A DNA stretch of 64,000 nucleotides from an uncultured Alphaproteobacteria bacterium (GTDB taxonomy: Bacteria > Pseudomonadota > Alphaproteobacteria > UBA6615), in assembly GCA_964276015.1 (NCBI GenBank), contig CAXYDO010000014.1:27199-91198 (forward strand), given 5' to 3'. A program made the translations under genes and the position numbers. Within the stretch, counting starts at the first letter, position 1, and each line of letters opens with the position of its first letter. Below are positions 40,199 to 49,436 of the stretch, piece by piece. The notes under the pieces are model-generated. The model saw only the letters and a program-made list of their open reading frames with translations, ran no database searches and had not been told where the DNA came from.

Positions 40199-42001
40199 AT
40201 GACCGATCTTTCCCATATCCGAAATTTCTCCATCGTGGCCCATATCGACCACGGGAAATCGACGCTGGCCGACCGCCTGATCCAGGAGTGCGGCGGGCTG
40301 ACCGAGCGCGAGATGTCCGAGCAGGTGCTCGACAGTATGGAGCTCGAGCGCGAGCGCGGGATTACGATCAAGGCCCAGACCGTGCGGCTGACCTACAAGG
40401 CCAAGGACGGCAAGACCTATCATTTGAACCTGATGGACACGCCCGGGCATGTGGACTTCTCCTACGAAGTCTCCCGCTCGCTGGCGGCCTGTGAAGGTGC
40501 GCTGCTGGTGGTTGATGCCAGCCAGGGGGTCGAGGCCCAGACGTTGGCGAATGCCTATCTGGCCATCGACGCCGGTCTGGAGATGGTGCCGGTCCTTAAC
40601 AAAATTGATCTGCCCGCCGCCGAGCCGGAACGCATCCGTCAGCAGATCGAGGATGTGATCGGGATCGATGCCTCGGAAGCTCTGATGATTTCGGCCAAGA
40701 CCGGCATCGGCATCCCCGACGTTCTCGAAGCACTGGTGACAGAACTGCCCGCGCCTGAAGGCGATGCGGATGGCGAATTACAGGCCCTGCTCGTGGATAG
40801 CTGGTACGATCCCTATCTGGGTGTGGTGGCGCTGATTCGGGTGAAGCATGGCGTCATGAAGAAGGGCCAGAAGATCCGCATGATGTCGTCGGGCCACTCA
40901 TATTCCGTGGATCGGGTCGGTGTGTTTACCCCGGCGCGGACCGAGACGGGTATTCTGGGCCCGGGGGAAATCGGGTTTATCACGGCGTCGATCAAGACCG
41001 TGTCTGATTGCAATGTGGGCGATACCGTCACCGATGATCGCCTGCCGTCGGCTGAGCCGCTGCCGGGGTTCAAGCCTTCTGTGCCGGTGGTGTTTTCTTC
41101 CCTGTATCCGGCAGACACCTCGGAATACGAAGATTTGCGCGCCGCGCTCGAACGCCTGCATCTCAATGATGCGAGTTTCGAATTTGAAGCGGAAAGCTCG
41201 GCGGCGCTCGGGATGGGTTTTCGCTGTGGGTTCCTTGGCCTGCTGCATATGGAAATCATCCAGCAGCGGCTCGAACGGGAATTCGACCTTGAGATCATCG
41301 CGACGGCACCTTCGGTCGTCTATCATATCTCCCTGACCGACGGGTCCGAGATCGAGCTCCATAACCCGACCGACTATCCCGACGTGACCCGGATCGCGGA
41401 GATCGAAGAGCCTTGGATCAAGGCGTCGATCATGGTGCCGGATGAATACCTCGGCTCGGTCCTGCAGCTTTGCACGGAGCGGCGCGGTGAGCAGCTCGAC
41501 CTGACTTATGTGGGCGGGCGTGCGATGGCGGTGTATCGCCTGCCGCTCAACGAGGTCGTGTTCGATTTCTATGACCGGCTGAAATCAATCAGCCGGGGCT
41601 ATGCGAGCTTTGATTACGAGCTCGATGAGTACCGTATTGGCAATCTGGTCAAAGTCGACATCATGGTGAACAGCGAGGTGGTCGAGGCCCTCTCCATGGT
41701 GGTGCATCGCGACCAGGCCGAGGCCCGTGGCCGCCATCTGTGTGAGCGGCTCAAGGATCTCGTCCCCCGCCAGCTCTTCAAGGTGGCGCTCCAGGCCGCG
41801 ATCGGCGGCAAAGTGATCGCCCGGGAGACCGTTGGCGCCATGCGCAAGGACGTGACGTCGAAATGCTACGGCGGTGACATTTCCCGCAAGCGCAAGCTGC
41901 TGGATAAGCAGAAGGCGGGCAAAAAGAAGATGCGCGCCTACGGCAATGTGGAAATTCCGCAATCGGCCTTTATTCAGGCCCTGCGGATGGGTGACGAATA
42001 G
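40199..42001 (+). CDS. lepA: elongation factor 4
   Basis: 600 aa. The G domain ([29 protein letters not shown]) and the LepA C-terminal domain are conserved. Confidence 0.95.
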   Translation: MTDLSHIRNFSIVAHIDHGKSTLADRLIQECGGLTEREMSEQVLDSMELERERGITIKAQTVRLTYKAKDGKTYHLNLMDTPGHVDFSYEVSRSLAACEGALLVVDASQGVEAQTLANAYLAIDAGLEMVPVLNKIDLPAAEPERIRQQIEDVIGIDASEALMISAKTGIGIPDVLEALVTELPAPEGDADGELQALLVDSWYDPYLGVVALIRVKHGVMKKGQKIRMMSSGHSYSVDRVGVFTPARTETGILGPGEIGFITASIKTVSDCNVGDTVTDDRLPSAEPLPGFKPSVPVVFSSLYPADTSEYEDLRAALERLHLNDASFEFEAESSAALGMGFRCGFLGLLHMEIIQQRLEREFDLEIIATAPSVVYHISLTDGSEIELHNPTDYPDVTRIAEIEEPWIKASIMVPDEYLGSVLQLCTERRGEQLDLTYVGGRAMAVYRLPLNEVVFDFYDRLKSISRGYASFDYELDEYRIGNLVKVDIMVNSEVVEALSMVVHRDQAEARGRHLCERLKDLVPRQLFKVALQAAIGGKVIARETVGAMRKDVTSKCYGGDISRKRKLLDKQKAGKKKMRAYGNVEIPQSAFIQALRMGDE

Positions 42002-42025
42002 GGCGTTTCCCGCGTCGCGACTGTC

Positions 42026-42337
42026 TTACTTGAACATGCCTTCTCGACGGACCCGCTTGCGGGTCAGGCGGACCAGCAGAATGCCCGGGATGCCGAGCAC
42101 CATGGTGGCCGGCCAGAGCAAGATCGTCACGACCACCGGATCCCAGAGCGCGGGCAGGACGTAACGTTGGGTGACCGCCTGCATCAGGTTCAGGCTGCCA
42201 TTGTCGAGGCGGAACCAGAGTTCCCCGGCTGAGATCAGGATGAGCGTGCCCGCGTCAATCGATGTCAGAATATCGCGCGCAAAAAGTACGACCGATGCGA
42301 TCACGAGAATCCAGCCTATGACACGCAAGATAATCAT
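42026..42337 (-). CDS. small integral membrane protein, hypothetical (103 aa)
   Basis: Only the C-terminal part of the track ORF 42026..42730 is plausible. The ATG is at 42337 (MIILRVIGWILVIASVV...) with 3 TM helices. The upstream part of that ORF is the antisense of the tRNA. Confidence 0.4.
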   Translation of the reverse strand: MIILRVIGWILVIASVVLFARDILTSIDAGTLILISAGELWFRLDNGSLNLMQAVTQRYVLPALWDPVVVTILLWPATMVLGIPGILLVRLTRKRVRREGMFK

Positions 42338-42497
42338 CGACTTATAAGCCCCATGTTCTGGTTTAGCGGTTTTGGTACGTAGGTATACTAAACCGCAGAC
42401 CGGGTGTCGGACACAAGGCTTACCCTGATGGGAATTGGTTAAAACACCAGCAGTTGCCAGTACAGGCCTTGTTCGGCTATGCACTCTTCGACGTGCC

Positions 42498-42587
42498 GGA
42501 GGGGTGGCCGAGTGGCTGAAGGCGCACGCTTGGAAAGCGTGTATGCGGGTGACCGTATCGAGGGTTCGAATCCCTCTCCCTCCGCCA
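42498..42587 (+). tRNA. tRNA-Ser (anticodon GGA)
   Basis: GGAGGGGTGGCCGAGTGGCTGAAGGCGCACGCTTGGAAAGCGTG-[long variable arm]-GAGGGTTCGAATCCCTCTCCCTCCGCCA. The 7-bp acceptor stem, anticodon loop TTGGAAA, long extra arm, T-loop TTCGAAT and encoded CCA all fit. Confidence 0.9.
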
Positions 42588-42633
42588 ACATTATCATGCA
42601 TTGTGAGATTCATCGCTTCGGCCAACTGGCCAT
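42576..42633. repeat. Left 58-bp direct repeat (attL core) covering the last 12 nt of tRNA-Ser plus 46 nt downstream
   Basis: CTCCCTCCGCCAA[C]ATTATCATGCATTGTGAGATTCATCGC[T]TCGGCCAACTGGCCAT recurs at 49437..49494 with 56/58 identity. Confidence 0.8.
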
Positions 42634-42775
42634 GTAGTTCGAGTTCGAACTGCCCGCGCTGTTGCGCTGGATGGGCTATGATACGGTCGACCAGTCCACG
42701 CAGCGCTGCGGAAGCTTCATCGCGTACCATTGGATCTGCATGAAGGGCTTCTGACAGGTTTGCGATCTTTTGCTT

Positions 42776-43114
42776 TTAGAGGTCGGCCGCATTGGGGTGC
42801 CACTCGATCGTTGTCGGTTCCTCGTCGTTGAACACCACAAGGTCCGAGAGCCTTGCCTCGAGTTTCCGTAATTTCTCGCCGATAGCTCCGAGCTCGTTGA
42901 CGGTACCTTCGGCGATGGCGTCGACGAGACGCGCAATCTGTCGTTCAAGGTTTGCCCTTTCCTTGGCGTGCGTGTTGCGTCGGCGACGTGCGTCCTTTTG
43001 CAGTCTTTGCAGTTCCGCGTGGTACTCGTCCACAAACGTTTGAACGAGTTCGGGCTCCATCAGCTTGTCTTTCAGCCCACCCAGCACACGGTCCTCTATG
43101 TCTTTGGCAGGCAT
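42776..43114 (-). pseudogene. Fragment of a large serine recombinase (coiled-coil region only)
   Basis: FVDEYHAELQRLQKDA...ERQIARLVDAIAEG...WHPNAADL matches the central coiled-coil segment of recombinase-family proteins. The catalytic N-terminus and C-terminus are missing. Confidence 0.4.
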
Positions 43115-43136
43115 GGTTCGGTTGTTGGTGCAGGTG

Positions 43137-43595
43137 CCCTTCTGGCGCGCGGTCGATTACGGAGGCGAGGTGCTCGAAATTTTCGCGACGAAACGCGGGG
43201 ATCGTAGGGCTGCCCTTCAGTTTCTGAAGCGCGCGATGAAGCGGTATGGACATCCGAAAGTGGTTGTCACCGACCGGCTTCGGTCATACCGGGCAGCGAT
43301 GAATGTGATCGGGAATGCCGCCGATCAGGAATACGGCCGCTGGCTGAACAACCGGGCGGAAAACTCACATCAGCCGTTTCGAAGACGGGAAGGGGCGATG
43401 TCGAAATTCAGGGGTGTAAAAACCCTGCAGAAATTCGCCGCCGTTCATGGTTCAACCTTCAACCATTTTAATCTCGACCGCCACCTCAACAGCCGCTCCG
43501 TCTTCAAACAGAACCGCTCCTCCGCGCTGGCCGAGTGGCGTCAACTCCTGGCGCTCGCTAATTCGAGTCTTTTATGGCTTTTAAAAAAAACATGA
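43137..43595 (+). mobile_element. IS6-family (IS26-like) transposase, 5'-truncated remnant (C-terminal ~150 aa)
   Basis: WRAVDYGGEVLEIFATKRGDRRAALQFLKRAMKRYGHPKVVVTDRLRSYRAAMNVIG...GRWLNNRAENSHQPFRRREGAMSKFRGVKTLQKFAAVHGSTFNHFNLDRHL is collinear with IS26 Tnp from about residue 95 onward. Confidence 0.6.
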
Positions 43596-43738
43596 GGTGA
43601 GGGAACAATTTGCTCCCTCACGTCTCAAAACTACGATAAATTTTTATTTGATAGTCGTTCTCAAAACCAAAGATTATCTTTATACGTATAGATCCACATG
43701 TAAATTTGGGTGCTATTTAACAACAAACAGGGAATATC

Positions 43739-44455
43739 ATGGATAAGTTAATTATGCTTAACCCCGCCGATTATGTTGGGGTAAGTTTTTGGATCATTTC
43801 AGCTGCAATGGTCGCCGCTACGTTTTTCTTCTGGGTTGAGCGTGATAGAGCGGTTGGCAAATGGAAAACGTCCCTTACGGTCGCCGCGATGGTAACTGGT
43901 ATTGCGGCCATTCATTATATGTATATGCGCCAAGGTTGGGTCTACACCGGTGAAAGTCCAACGGTCCTTCGGTACGTAGACTGGTTGCTAACTGTCCCGC
44001 TACAGATTGTTGAGTTCTACCTCATCCTGGCTGCAATGACGGCCGTTGCGACCGGATTGTTTTGGCGGCTACTCGTCGCCTCTTTGGTGATGCTGATTGC
44101 TGGTTATCTCGGTGAGGTAAATAGCGCCAATCCAACGGCACTGTGGGGATTCTTCATCGTTGGTATGGCTGGCTGGATTTACATCCTGTACGAAATCTTC
44201 GCAGGCGAAGCGAGCCGCATTAATGCAAGTGAAGGCACTGTCGCTGGCCAGAAGGCTTTCGGGGCACTGCGTTTGATAGTCACCGTCGGGTGGGCTATTT
44301 ACCCGCTCGGCTACATCTACGGATATGTCGGTGGCGGCGATGTCGCTGGGCTTAATCTGATCTACAACTTGGCTGATTTTGTGAACAAAATCGCCTTTGG
44401 AGTAGTGATCTGGGCTGCTGCAACGTCTGATAGCGCCAGCAAACCGGCTTCTTAA
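43739..44455 (+). CDS. proteorhodopsin (light-driven proton pump, DTE motif, predicted blue-tuned)
   Basis: 238 aa with 7 TM helices. RYVDWLLTVPLQIVEF carries the D97/T101/E108 equivalents with Gln at the position-105 equivalent. The Schiff-base Lys is in NLADFVNKIAFG. The protein is collinear with SAR86 GPR/BPR. No signal peptide is present. Confidence 0.9.
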   Translation: MDKLIMLNPADYVGVSFWIISAAMVAATFFFWVERDRAVGKWKTSLTVAAMVTGIAAIHYMYMRQGWVYTGESPTVLRYVDWLLTVPLQIVEFYLILAAMTAVATGLFWRLLVASLVMLIAGYLGEVNSANPTALWGFFIVGMAGWIYILYEIFAGEASRINASEGTVAGQKAFGALRLIVTVGWAIYPLGYIYGYVGGGDVAGLNLIYNLADFVNKIAFGVVIWAAATSDSASKPAS

Positions 44456-44471
44456 TAGTCTGGTAAATGTC

Positions 44472-44512
44472 AAGGTATGTCCGACAGCTGTCGGACATAC
44501 CTTACTTTTTTT
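44472..44512 (+). terminator. rho-independent terminator after the rhodopsin gene
   Basis: Perfect palindrome AAGGTATGTCCGACAG/CTGTCGGACATACCTT (44472..44503) followed by ACTTTTTTT. Confidence 0.7.
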
Positions 44513-44525
44513 AAGGGGGACCGTC

Positions 44526-44930
44526 TTGCACAGGCAATTTGCCAAGAGCTTTCGCGGGGCTACGGAGCAAGCCGTGCCGCGAGTTGGTACAACACAGAGA
44601 TCCGAAGAAGCGTTGGAAGAAGCGATAATAGCGCTCTTGCCCACGAAGAAAAGTTCGCTCTTTAAGGTAGCGCATTCTCATTTTAGCCAATTTGGTAAAT
44701 TACTACGTGGTCGTACCGCATGGGCGGTAAGTGAAGCCGTAACGCTAAGCCCGGCCTGCGCGCAAAATTGGGCCGCGCGGTTACAGGAACAATTGAACAT
44801 CTGCCGCCAAGAATGCGATGTTCTTCCGGTTCAGATTCAATCCGCATTGGCACCATTAGTAAACTATCTCGAGCACGCTACAACGTCCGTTCGAGCACGC
44901 GCGATGGATACTGCGCGTATTTGCGTTTGA
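44526..44930 (+). CDS. hypothetical protein (134 aa) in the slot normally occupied by crtE
   Basis: TTG-start ORF whose TGA overlaps the crtI ATG (TGATG). It shares the island's low GC. No recognisable family. Confidence 0.3.
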   Translation: MHRQFAKSFRGATEQAVPRVGTTQRSEEALEEAIIALLPTKKSSLFKVAHSHFSQFGKLLRGRTAWAVSEAVTLSPACAQNWAARLQEQLNICRQECDVLPVQIQSALAPLVNYLEHATTSVRARAMDTARICV

Positions 44931-46471
44931 TGGAGGCAACCAGAATTTCCGATATTACGCTCGACGCAGAAAACAGCGCGGGACGGGTCATCGTCATTGG
45001 TGGCGGTTTTGGGGGCATGGCTGCAGCTTTGCGTGCACGAGCGATGGGGTTCTCGGTAACTCTTGTTGAGCGGCTCGATCATTTAGGTGGTCGCGCTCAA
45101 GTTTTTGAGCGCGACGGCTTTAAACATGACGCCGGTCCGACTGTTATCACAGCGCCATTTTTGTTTGAAGAATTGTACCAATTATTCGGCGAGAACCTGA
45201 AAGATCACCTCACCTTCACACCACTAGAGCCTTGGTATCGTTACTATTTCCAAGACGGTCGAAGCTTAGACTATAGCGGTGATCAAGACCGAATGGCGGC
45301 CGAAATTAGCAAATTTTGTCCCGCAGACGTGGCCGGTTACGCCGCTCTAGTGGCCGCATCCCGAAAGATTTTTGACGTTGGCTTCACCCAATTAGCCCAT
45401 CGCCCATTCATCAATTTTGGCTCGATGGTTAGACAAATACCGGCGTTGCTTCGTCTCCGCGCAGACCGCTCGGTGAGCGGCCTAGTCGCCAAGCATATCC
45501 GTCACCCTTTATTGCGGCGCGCCTTCTCGATTCAGCCACTTTTGGTTGGTGGCAACCCTTTTACAACAACCTCTATTTATTCTCTAATCCATTACCTTGA
45601 GAGAAAATGGGGGGTGTCTTTTTGCATGGGGGGAACCGGTGCTCTGGTTTCGTCACTTGTGGATTTAATGGCTCGACAAGGTATCGAAATTTTCACTGGC
45701 GTCGACGTTGAGCGCATCGCTATATCAGGGAATAGTGCTAGCGGAGTCATTCTTGCGGATGGCCGCAATTTTCCTGCAGATCACGTCATTTGTAACGCAG
45801 ATCCACCAAACGTCTACCGCACACTATTGTCTGATGGGGGGCGCGTTGCGCGGCGTCGCAAACGCTTGCTTCCCGAGTCGATGACGAAATATTCTATGGG
45901 GCTTTATGTGCTTTTTTTTGGTACCCGTCGGAAATACCCGGAGGTAGCGCATCATACTGTCTGGCTGGGTCAAAGATTTAAGGAATTACTTGCTGACATA
46001 TTTGACCGCGGTCAGTTGTCAGAAGACTTTTCTCTCTACATCCACCGGCCAACTGCGACCGACCCTAGTTTCGCCCCGGAGGGATGTGACAGTTTTTATG
46101 TACTTTGCCCCGTGCCTAATTTGCAGACCGACCTAAATTGGCCGGTAGTCGGTGAAGACCTTCGCAACCGCATCGTTGAAGCTCTTTCGGATACTATATT
46201 ACCCGATTTAAAAAGTCATATCACAAGCGAATTCTGGATGGATCCCAATGATTTTCGAAATGATTACCGCTCTCATCACGGCGCAGGATTCTCAATCGCT
46301 CCAATTTTGCGCCAATCAGCATGGTTCCGTTATCATAACCGCGATCCACATATCGGAAATCTCTACTTCGTTGGAGCCGGCACCCACCCAGGCGCTGGCC
46401 TGCCCGGGGTTGTAAGCTCCGCCAAGGTGGTCGAAACACTGCTCCGCGAAAAATCTATCGCTACCGTCTGA
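44930..46471 (+). CDS. crtI: phytoene desaturase
   Basis: FAD fold RVIVIGGGFGGMAAALR and the CrtI-typical GGNPFTTTSIYSLIHYLE and YFVGAGTHPGAGLPGV motifs. The start was set to the ATG at 44930 (MEATRISD). Confidence 0.9.
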   Translation: MEATRISDITLDAENSAGRVIVIGGGFGGMAAALRARAMGFSVTLVERLDHLGGRAQVFERDGFKHDAGPTVITAPFLFEELYQLFGENLKDHLTFTPLEPWYRYYFQDGRSLDYSGDQDRMAAEISKFCPADVAGYAALVAASRKIFDVGFTQLAHRPFINFGSMVRQIPALLRLRADRSVSGLVAKHIRHPLLRRAFSIQPLLVGGNPFTTTSIYSLIHYLERKWGVSFCMGGTGALVSSLVDLMARQGIEIFTGVDVERIAISGNSASGVILADGRNFPADHVICNADPPNVYRTLLSDGGRVARRRKRLLPESMTKYSMGLYVLFFGTRRKYPEVAHHTVWLGQRFKELLADIFDRGQLSEDFSLYIHRPTATDPSFAPEGCDSFYVLCPVPNLQTDLNWPVVGEDLRNRIVEALSDTILPDLKSHITSEFWMDPNDFRNDYRSHHGAGFSIAPILRQSAWFRYHNRDPHIGNLYFVGAGTHPGAGLPGVVSSAKVVETLLREKSIATV

Positions 46472-46485
46472 GGAGAAATTCGATC

Positions 46486-47421
46486 ATGGGCTGCACCTTC
46501 GGTTCGAAATCAGCTGAAACGGCGGCGAATGAGATTCTCGCAGCGCATGGTAAGTCTTTCTACTGGGCGCGGCGCTTTTTAGGGCCCGTAGCGGCAAGAC
46601 AAGCGACCTTACTCTACGCCTTTTGCCGACGACTTGACGATATCGCGGATGCCGATAGTCCTGGCGGACTAGAACGTTTAAAAGCGATTGATGCGGCCCT
46701 CGCCGTGGGCGTAGCTGACGGCGATGATCACGTCGCCACATTTCTTTCTCTCAGCAGCGAAATCAATCTTCCCGTGAACGCGGCTCGCGATTTAATCGCC
46801 GGGTTAATTTTTGACCAGGGCGAAGTGCTTTTGGCTGATGAAGATGCTCTGATCGTTTACGCGTACCAGGTAGCAGGGACCGTTGGGCTAATGATGTCGC
46901 CAATCCTGGGGCGTCACGACCCCGTAGCCGACGCTTTCGCTATCGACTTGGGGATAGCAATGCAGCTCACTAATATAGCCCGTGATGTCGCCGAAGACGC
47001 TGACTTAGGTCGACGCTATTTACCAGCATCTTGGTGTGGCCCGATCAGCCCGTCAGAGATTCGCCTGGCGAGCGCTTCCCCTCTATCTCCTGGCAGAGAT
47101 GAAGTCGCGGTGGCCGTAGCCAAGGTTCTGGTTCAAGCTGAAACTTTCTACACCTCTGGTCTTGCAGGGTTGGCCTATTTGCCGATCCGCAATGATCTTG
47201 CGATTGGCATTGCGGCAACCGTTTACCAAGCCATTGGCCACCGTTTACGCCGACGCCGCTATGCCTGGTGGAAAAAGCGACAGGTAGTTGGTGTTAGCGG
47301 AAAAATTCTGGCTACTGGGGCAAGCCTGCCGCGGCTCTTTAGCCGCCGTGCGCCAGGCCCTCATGATGAACGGCTTCACCGAGCCTTGAAGGGAATCGCG
47401 AGTGTCGATGCCTTGCACTGA
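46486..47421 (+). CDS. crtB: phytoene synthase
   Basis: Squalene/phytoene synthase motifs: YAFCRRLDDIAD, YQVAGTVGLMM and DLGIAMQLTNIARDV. Confidence 0.85.
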   Translation: MGCTFGSKSAETAANEILAAHGKSFYWARRFLGPVAARQATLLYAFCRRLDDIADADSPGGLERLKAIDAALAVGVADGDDHVATFLSLSSEINLPVNAARDLIAGLIFDQGEVLLADEDALIVYAYQVAGTVGLMMSPILGRHDPVADAFAIDLGIAMQLTNIARDVAEDADLGRRYLPASWCGPISPSEIRLASASPLSPGRDEVAVAVAKVLVQAETFYTSGLAGLAYLPIRNDLAIGIAATVYQAIGHRLRRRRYAWWKKRQVVGVSGKILATGASLPRLFSRRAPGPHDERLHRALKGIASVDALH

Positions 47422-48541
47422 ACAGGCAGCCTATAGAACTGCCGTGATCGGTGGCGGTTGCGCGGGGCTGACACTAGCCCGCCACTTAACCGCTGCTGGA
47501 GTTTCGCCGCTGGCAGTAATTGATCCCGGCGCCAGCCGGCCGGATCATATCTGGGGTTACTGGGATGACGGCGGAGCTAATTTAAGTCTTCCGCGGCCGC
47601 TTTCTTCCGCCTCCTGGCGGCGCTGGGCGGTAATCACGGAACGTCAGAAAGTTGTGTTGAACGGCGATCGCTTCTGCTACAGGGCTCTCTCATCACAGCA
47701 TTATGAAGAGAGTTTGCGCTCGGATATATCGGGCAGTTCGGGAACGTTTGTTAACGCAACTGCCAAGAGTTGCACGCCAACGAAAGACGGTTTTCGACTT
47801 ACCTTGGACAATGATTTTGAACTGTCTGCCGAAGCGGTTTTTGATAGCCGTCCACCAAAACCACCAGTCGGCGCCTTATTACAGCATTTTGGCGGCTGGC
47901 ATGTGCGGATGGAGCGACCAGTTTTTGATACAAAAACTGCGATTTTGATGGATTTTAGAGTTTCCCAGGATGAGGGAATACACTTTATCTACCTGTTACC
48001 CTTTAATGCCGAACATGCCTTGGTTGAATCTACAGTGTTCTCTCCGACGCCCAAGTCGTCGGAGTGGTATGATAGTCAAATCAAAGCCTACTTGTCCGAG
48101 CATTACTCAGGTGTACAAGCCACCATCGAGGGTCGCGAGGCCGGCGTCATCCCGCTTGCGCCGCTAGTTTCTCCGAATTCTTTTGGCACCGCCATTGGGC
48201 TCCGCGCCGCAACGCATAGAGCCTCCAGCGGCTACGCTTTCTCACAAATTCAGATACAGGCGGCAGACTTAGCGTTAGACCTGATAGCGGATCGGCCTGC
48301 GTGTCCACGGCCCGGCTGTGACAGCTTCGAAGCTTGGATGGACAACGTCTTCCTCTCGGTCCTCCGCCGGTCCCCCGACCGCGCCCCGGAAATTTTTCTC
48401 CGCGCGGCGCGTGCCCTTACCGGGGACCAATTCGCTACTTTCATGCGTGGTCAAAGCGGCTGGCCCACTCGCCTCCGGCTAATGTCTGGCCTCCCCCTCG
48501 TATTATTCCTCAGCGCAGCTTTGGACAGAGGGTCGCGATGA
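47402..48541 (+). CDS. crtY: lycopene beta-cyclase
   Basis: N-terminal FAD motif VIGGGCAGLTLA and the CrtY-like FIYLLPF region. It overlaps crtB by 20 nt. Its stop overlaps the blh ATG (ATGA). Confidence 0.8.
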   Translation: MSMPCTEQAAYRTAVIGGGCAGLTLARHLTAAGVSPLAVIDPGASRPDHIWGYWDDGGANLSLPRPLSSASWRRWAVITERQKVVLNGDRFCYRALSSQHYEESLRSDISGSSGTFVNATAKSCTPTKDGFRLTLDNDFELSAEAVFDSRPPKPPVGALLQHFGGWHVRMERPVFDTKTAILMDFRVSQDEGIHFIYLLPFNAEHALVESTVFSPTPKSSEWYDSQIKAYLSEHYSGVQATIEGREAGVIPLAPLVSPNSFGTAIGLRAATHRASSGYAFSQIQIQAADLALDLIADRPACPRPGCDSFEAWMDNVFLSVLRRSPDRAPEIFLRAARALTGDQFATFMRGQSGWPTRLRLMSGLPLVLFLSAALDRGSR

Positions 48542-49342
48542 GCTGGGAGGTATTAATTCCAATGTTGATGGTTTTGTTAGTCGGGTTTCCCCATGGCGCT
48601 GCTGACGGAGTGTTAGCAGTCAATCTAGCACGTCGAGGGACCATCGGGCTCGGCGCATTTTTTGCACTTTACGGAGTAATCACTCTGTCCGCGGCGGCCT
48701 TTTGGTTGTGGCTGCCTGTGCTGAGTTTAATCAGTTTTCTGCTGCTGTCGGTGGTTCATTTTGGGACCCTCGATAGCAGGCACGACCGCCTTGTGGGCCG
48801 GCGCACATTACGTACCCTCGTCCATGGAAGCACCCTTATTTGTATAATTCCGTGGGCGCATGAGAGGGAAGTGACTGAAATCTTCGGGCTTTTAATCAGG
48901 TTCGGAGGTCGTGTGGCTGGTCCAAATCTTGGCTGCCGCCGCTCTGGCATGGGCTATCGGGGTAGTGTGGCTCGGCCTGGCCTTTGGCCCGGCCGGTCAA
49001 CGTGCTGCCGGAGAATTGATTGTAGTAGCAGCCGTTTTAATAATTTTGCCGCCACTCTGGGGGTTCGCTTTATATTTCTGCACCGTTCACTCTTGGCGCC
49101 ATATGAACGCAATTGTGGCCACGCTGGCCCCCTTCGGCCCAGCAGCATTTCGTTTGGTGGCTTTGCTCACACTGGTCAGTTTTCTGCTAGTCATTGCCGG
49201 GGCGCTCGTCTTGCCGGCAGTAGATATCGACAGCGGGGTTATCCGGGCGACCTTTATTTCGCTGGCAGCCTTAACTGTGCCTCATTTTCTCCTGATTGAT
49301 GTTTACCGCGTTTTGTCACGTCTTAGAGCTACTAGTCGATAA
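48538..49342 (+). pseudogene. blh: beta-carotene 15,15'-dioxygenase (Brp/Blh family), split by a +1 frameshift near 48880-48915
   Basis: The N-terminal half (MSWEVLIPMLMVLLVGFPHGAADG...SVVHFGTLD) is in frame 1 from 48538. The C-terminal half (WLVQILAAAALAWAIG...FCTVHSWRHM...LTVPHFLL) is in frame 2 (track ORF 48911..49342). Conserved His motifs are split across the two frames. Confidence 0.55.
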
Positions 49343-49436
49343 GAGCCGTAATGGACCGCCACCATCCCCTCGCCGGGCAGCCGGTTCTGCGACTACGCGA
49401 TTGTCTGATGTATCCACTGGCGTTGCCGACAGCACC

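Larger units (their letters stand above)
42634..49436. mobile_element. Genomic island (~6.8 kb) integrated at the 3' end of tRNA-Ser. It holds recombinase and IS6 remnants plus a proteorhodopsin and retinal-biosynthesis cassette
   Basis: It is bounded by 58-bp direct repeats. The 43.6-49.4 kb region has visibly lower GC than the flanks. Cargo and mobility-gene debris are both present. Confidence 0.55.

Noticed and set aside
42026-42730. 234-aa ORF running across the tRNA-Ser gene
   Set aside because: Its middle (GGGRGIRTLDTVTRIHAFQACAF) is the antisense translation of the tRNA. Only the 3' 103 codons (42026..42337) look like a real small membrane protein. The same antisense-repeat peptide recurs in ORF 49316..49615 at the right repeat.
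44477-44665. 62-aa ORF starting inside the rhodopsin terminator, and the minus-strand ORF 44069..44644
   Set aside because: They overlap the perfect terminator palindrome and the rhodopsin CDS in antisense. They have no support.
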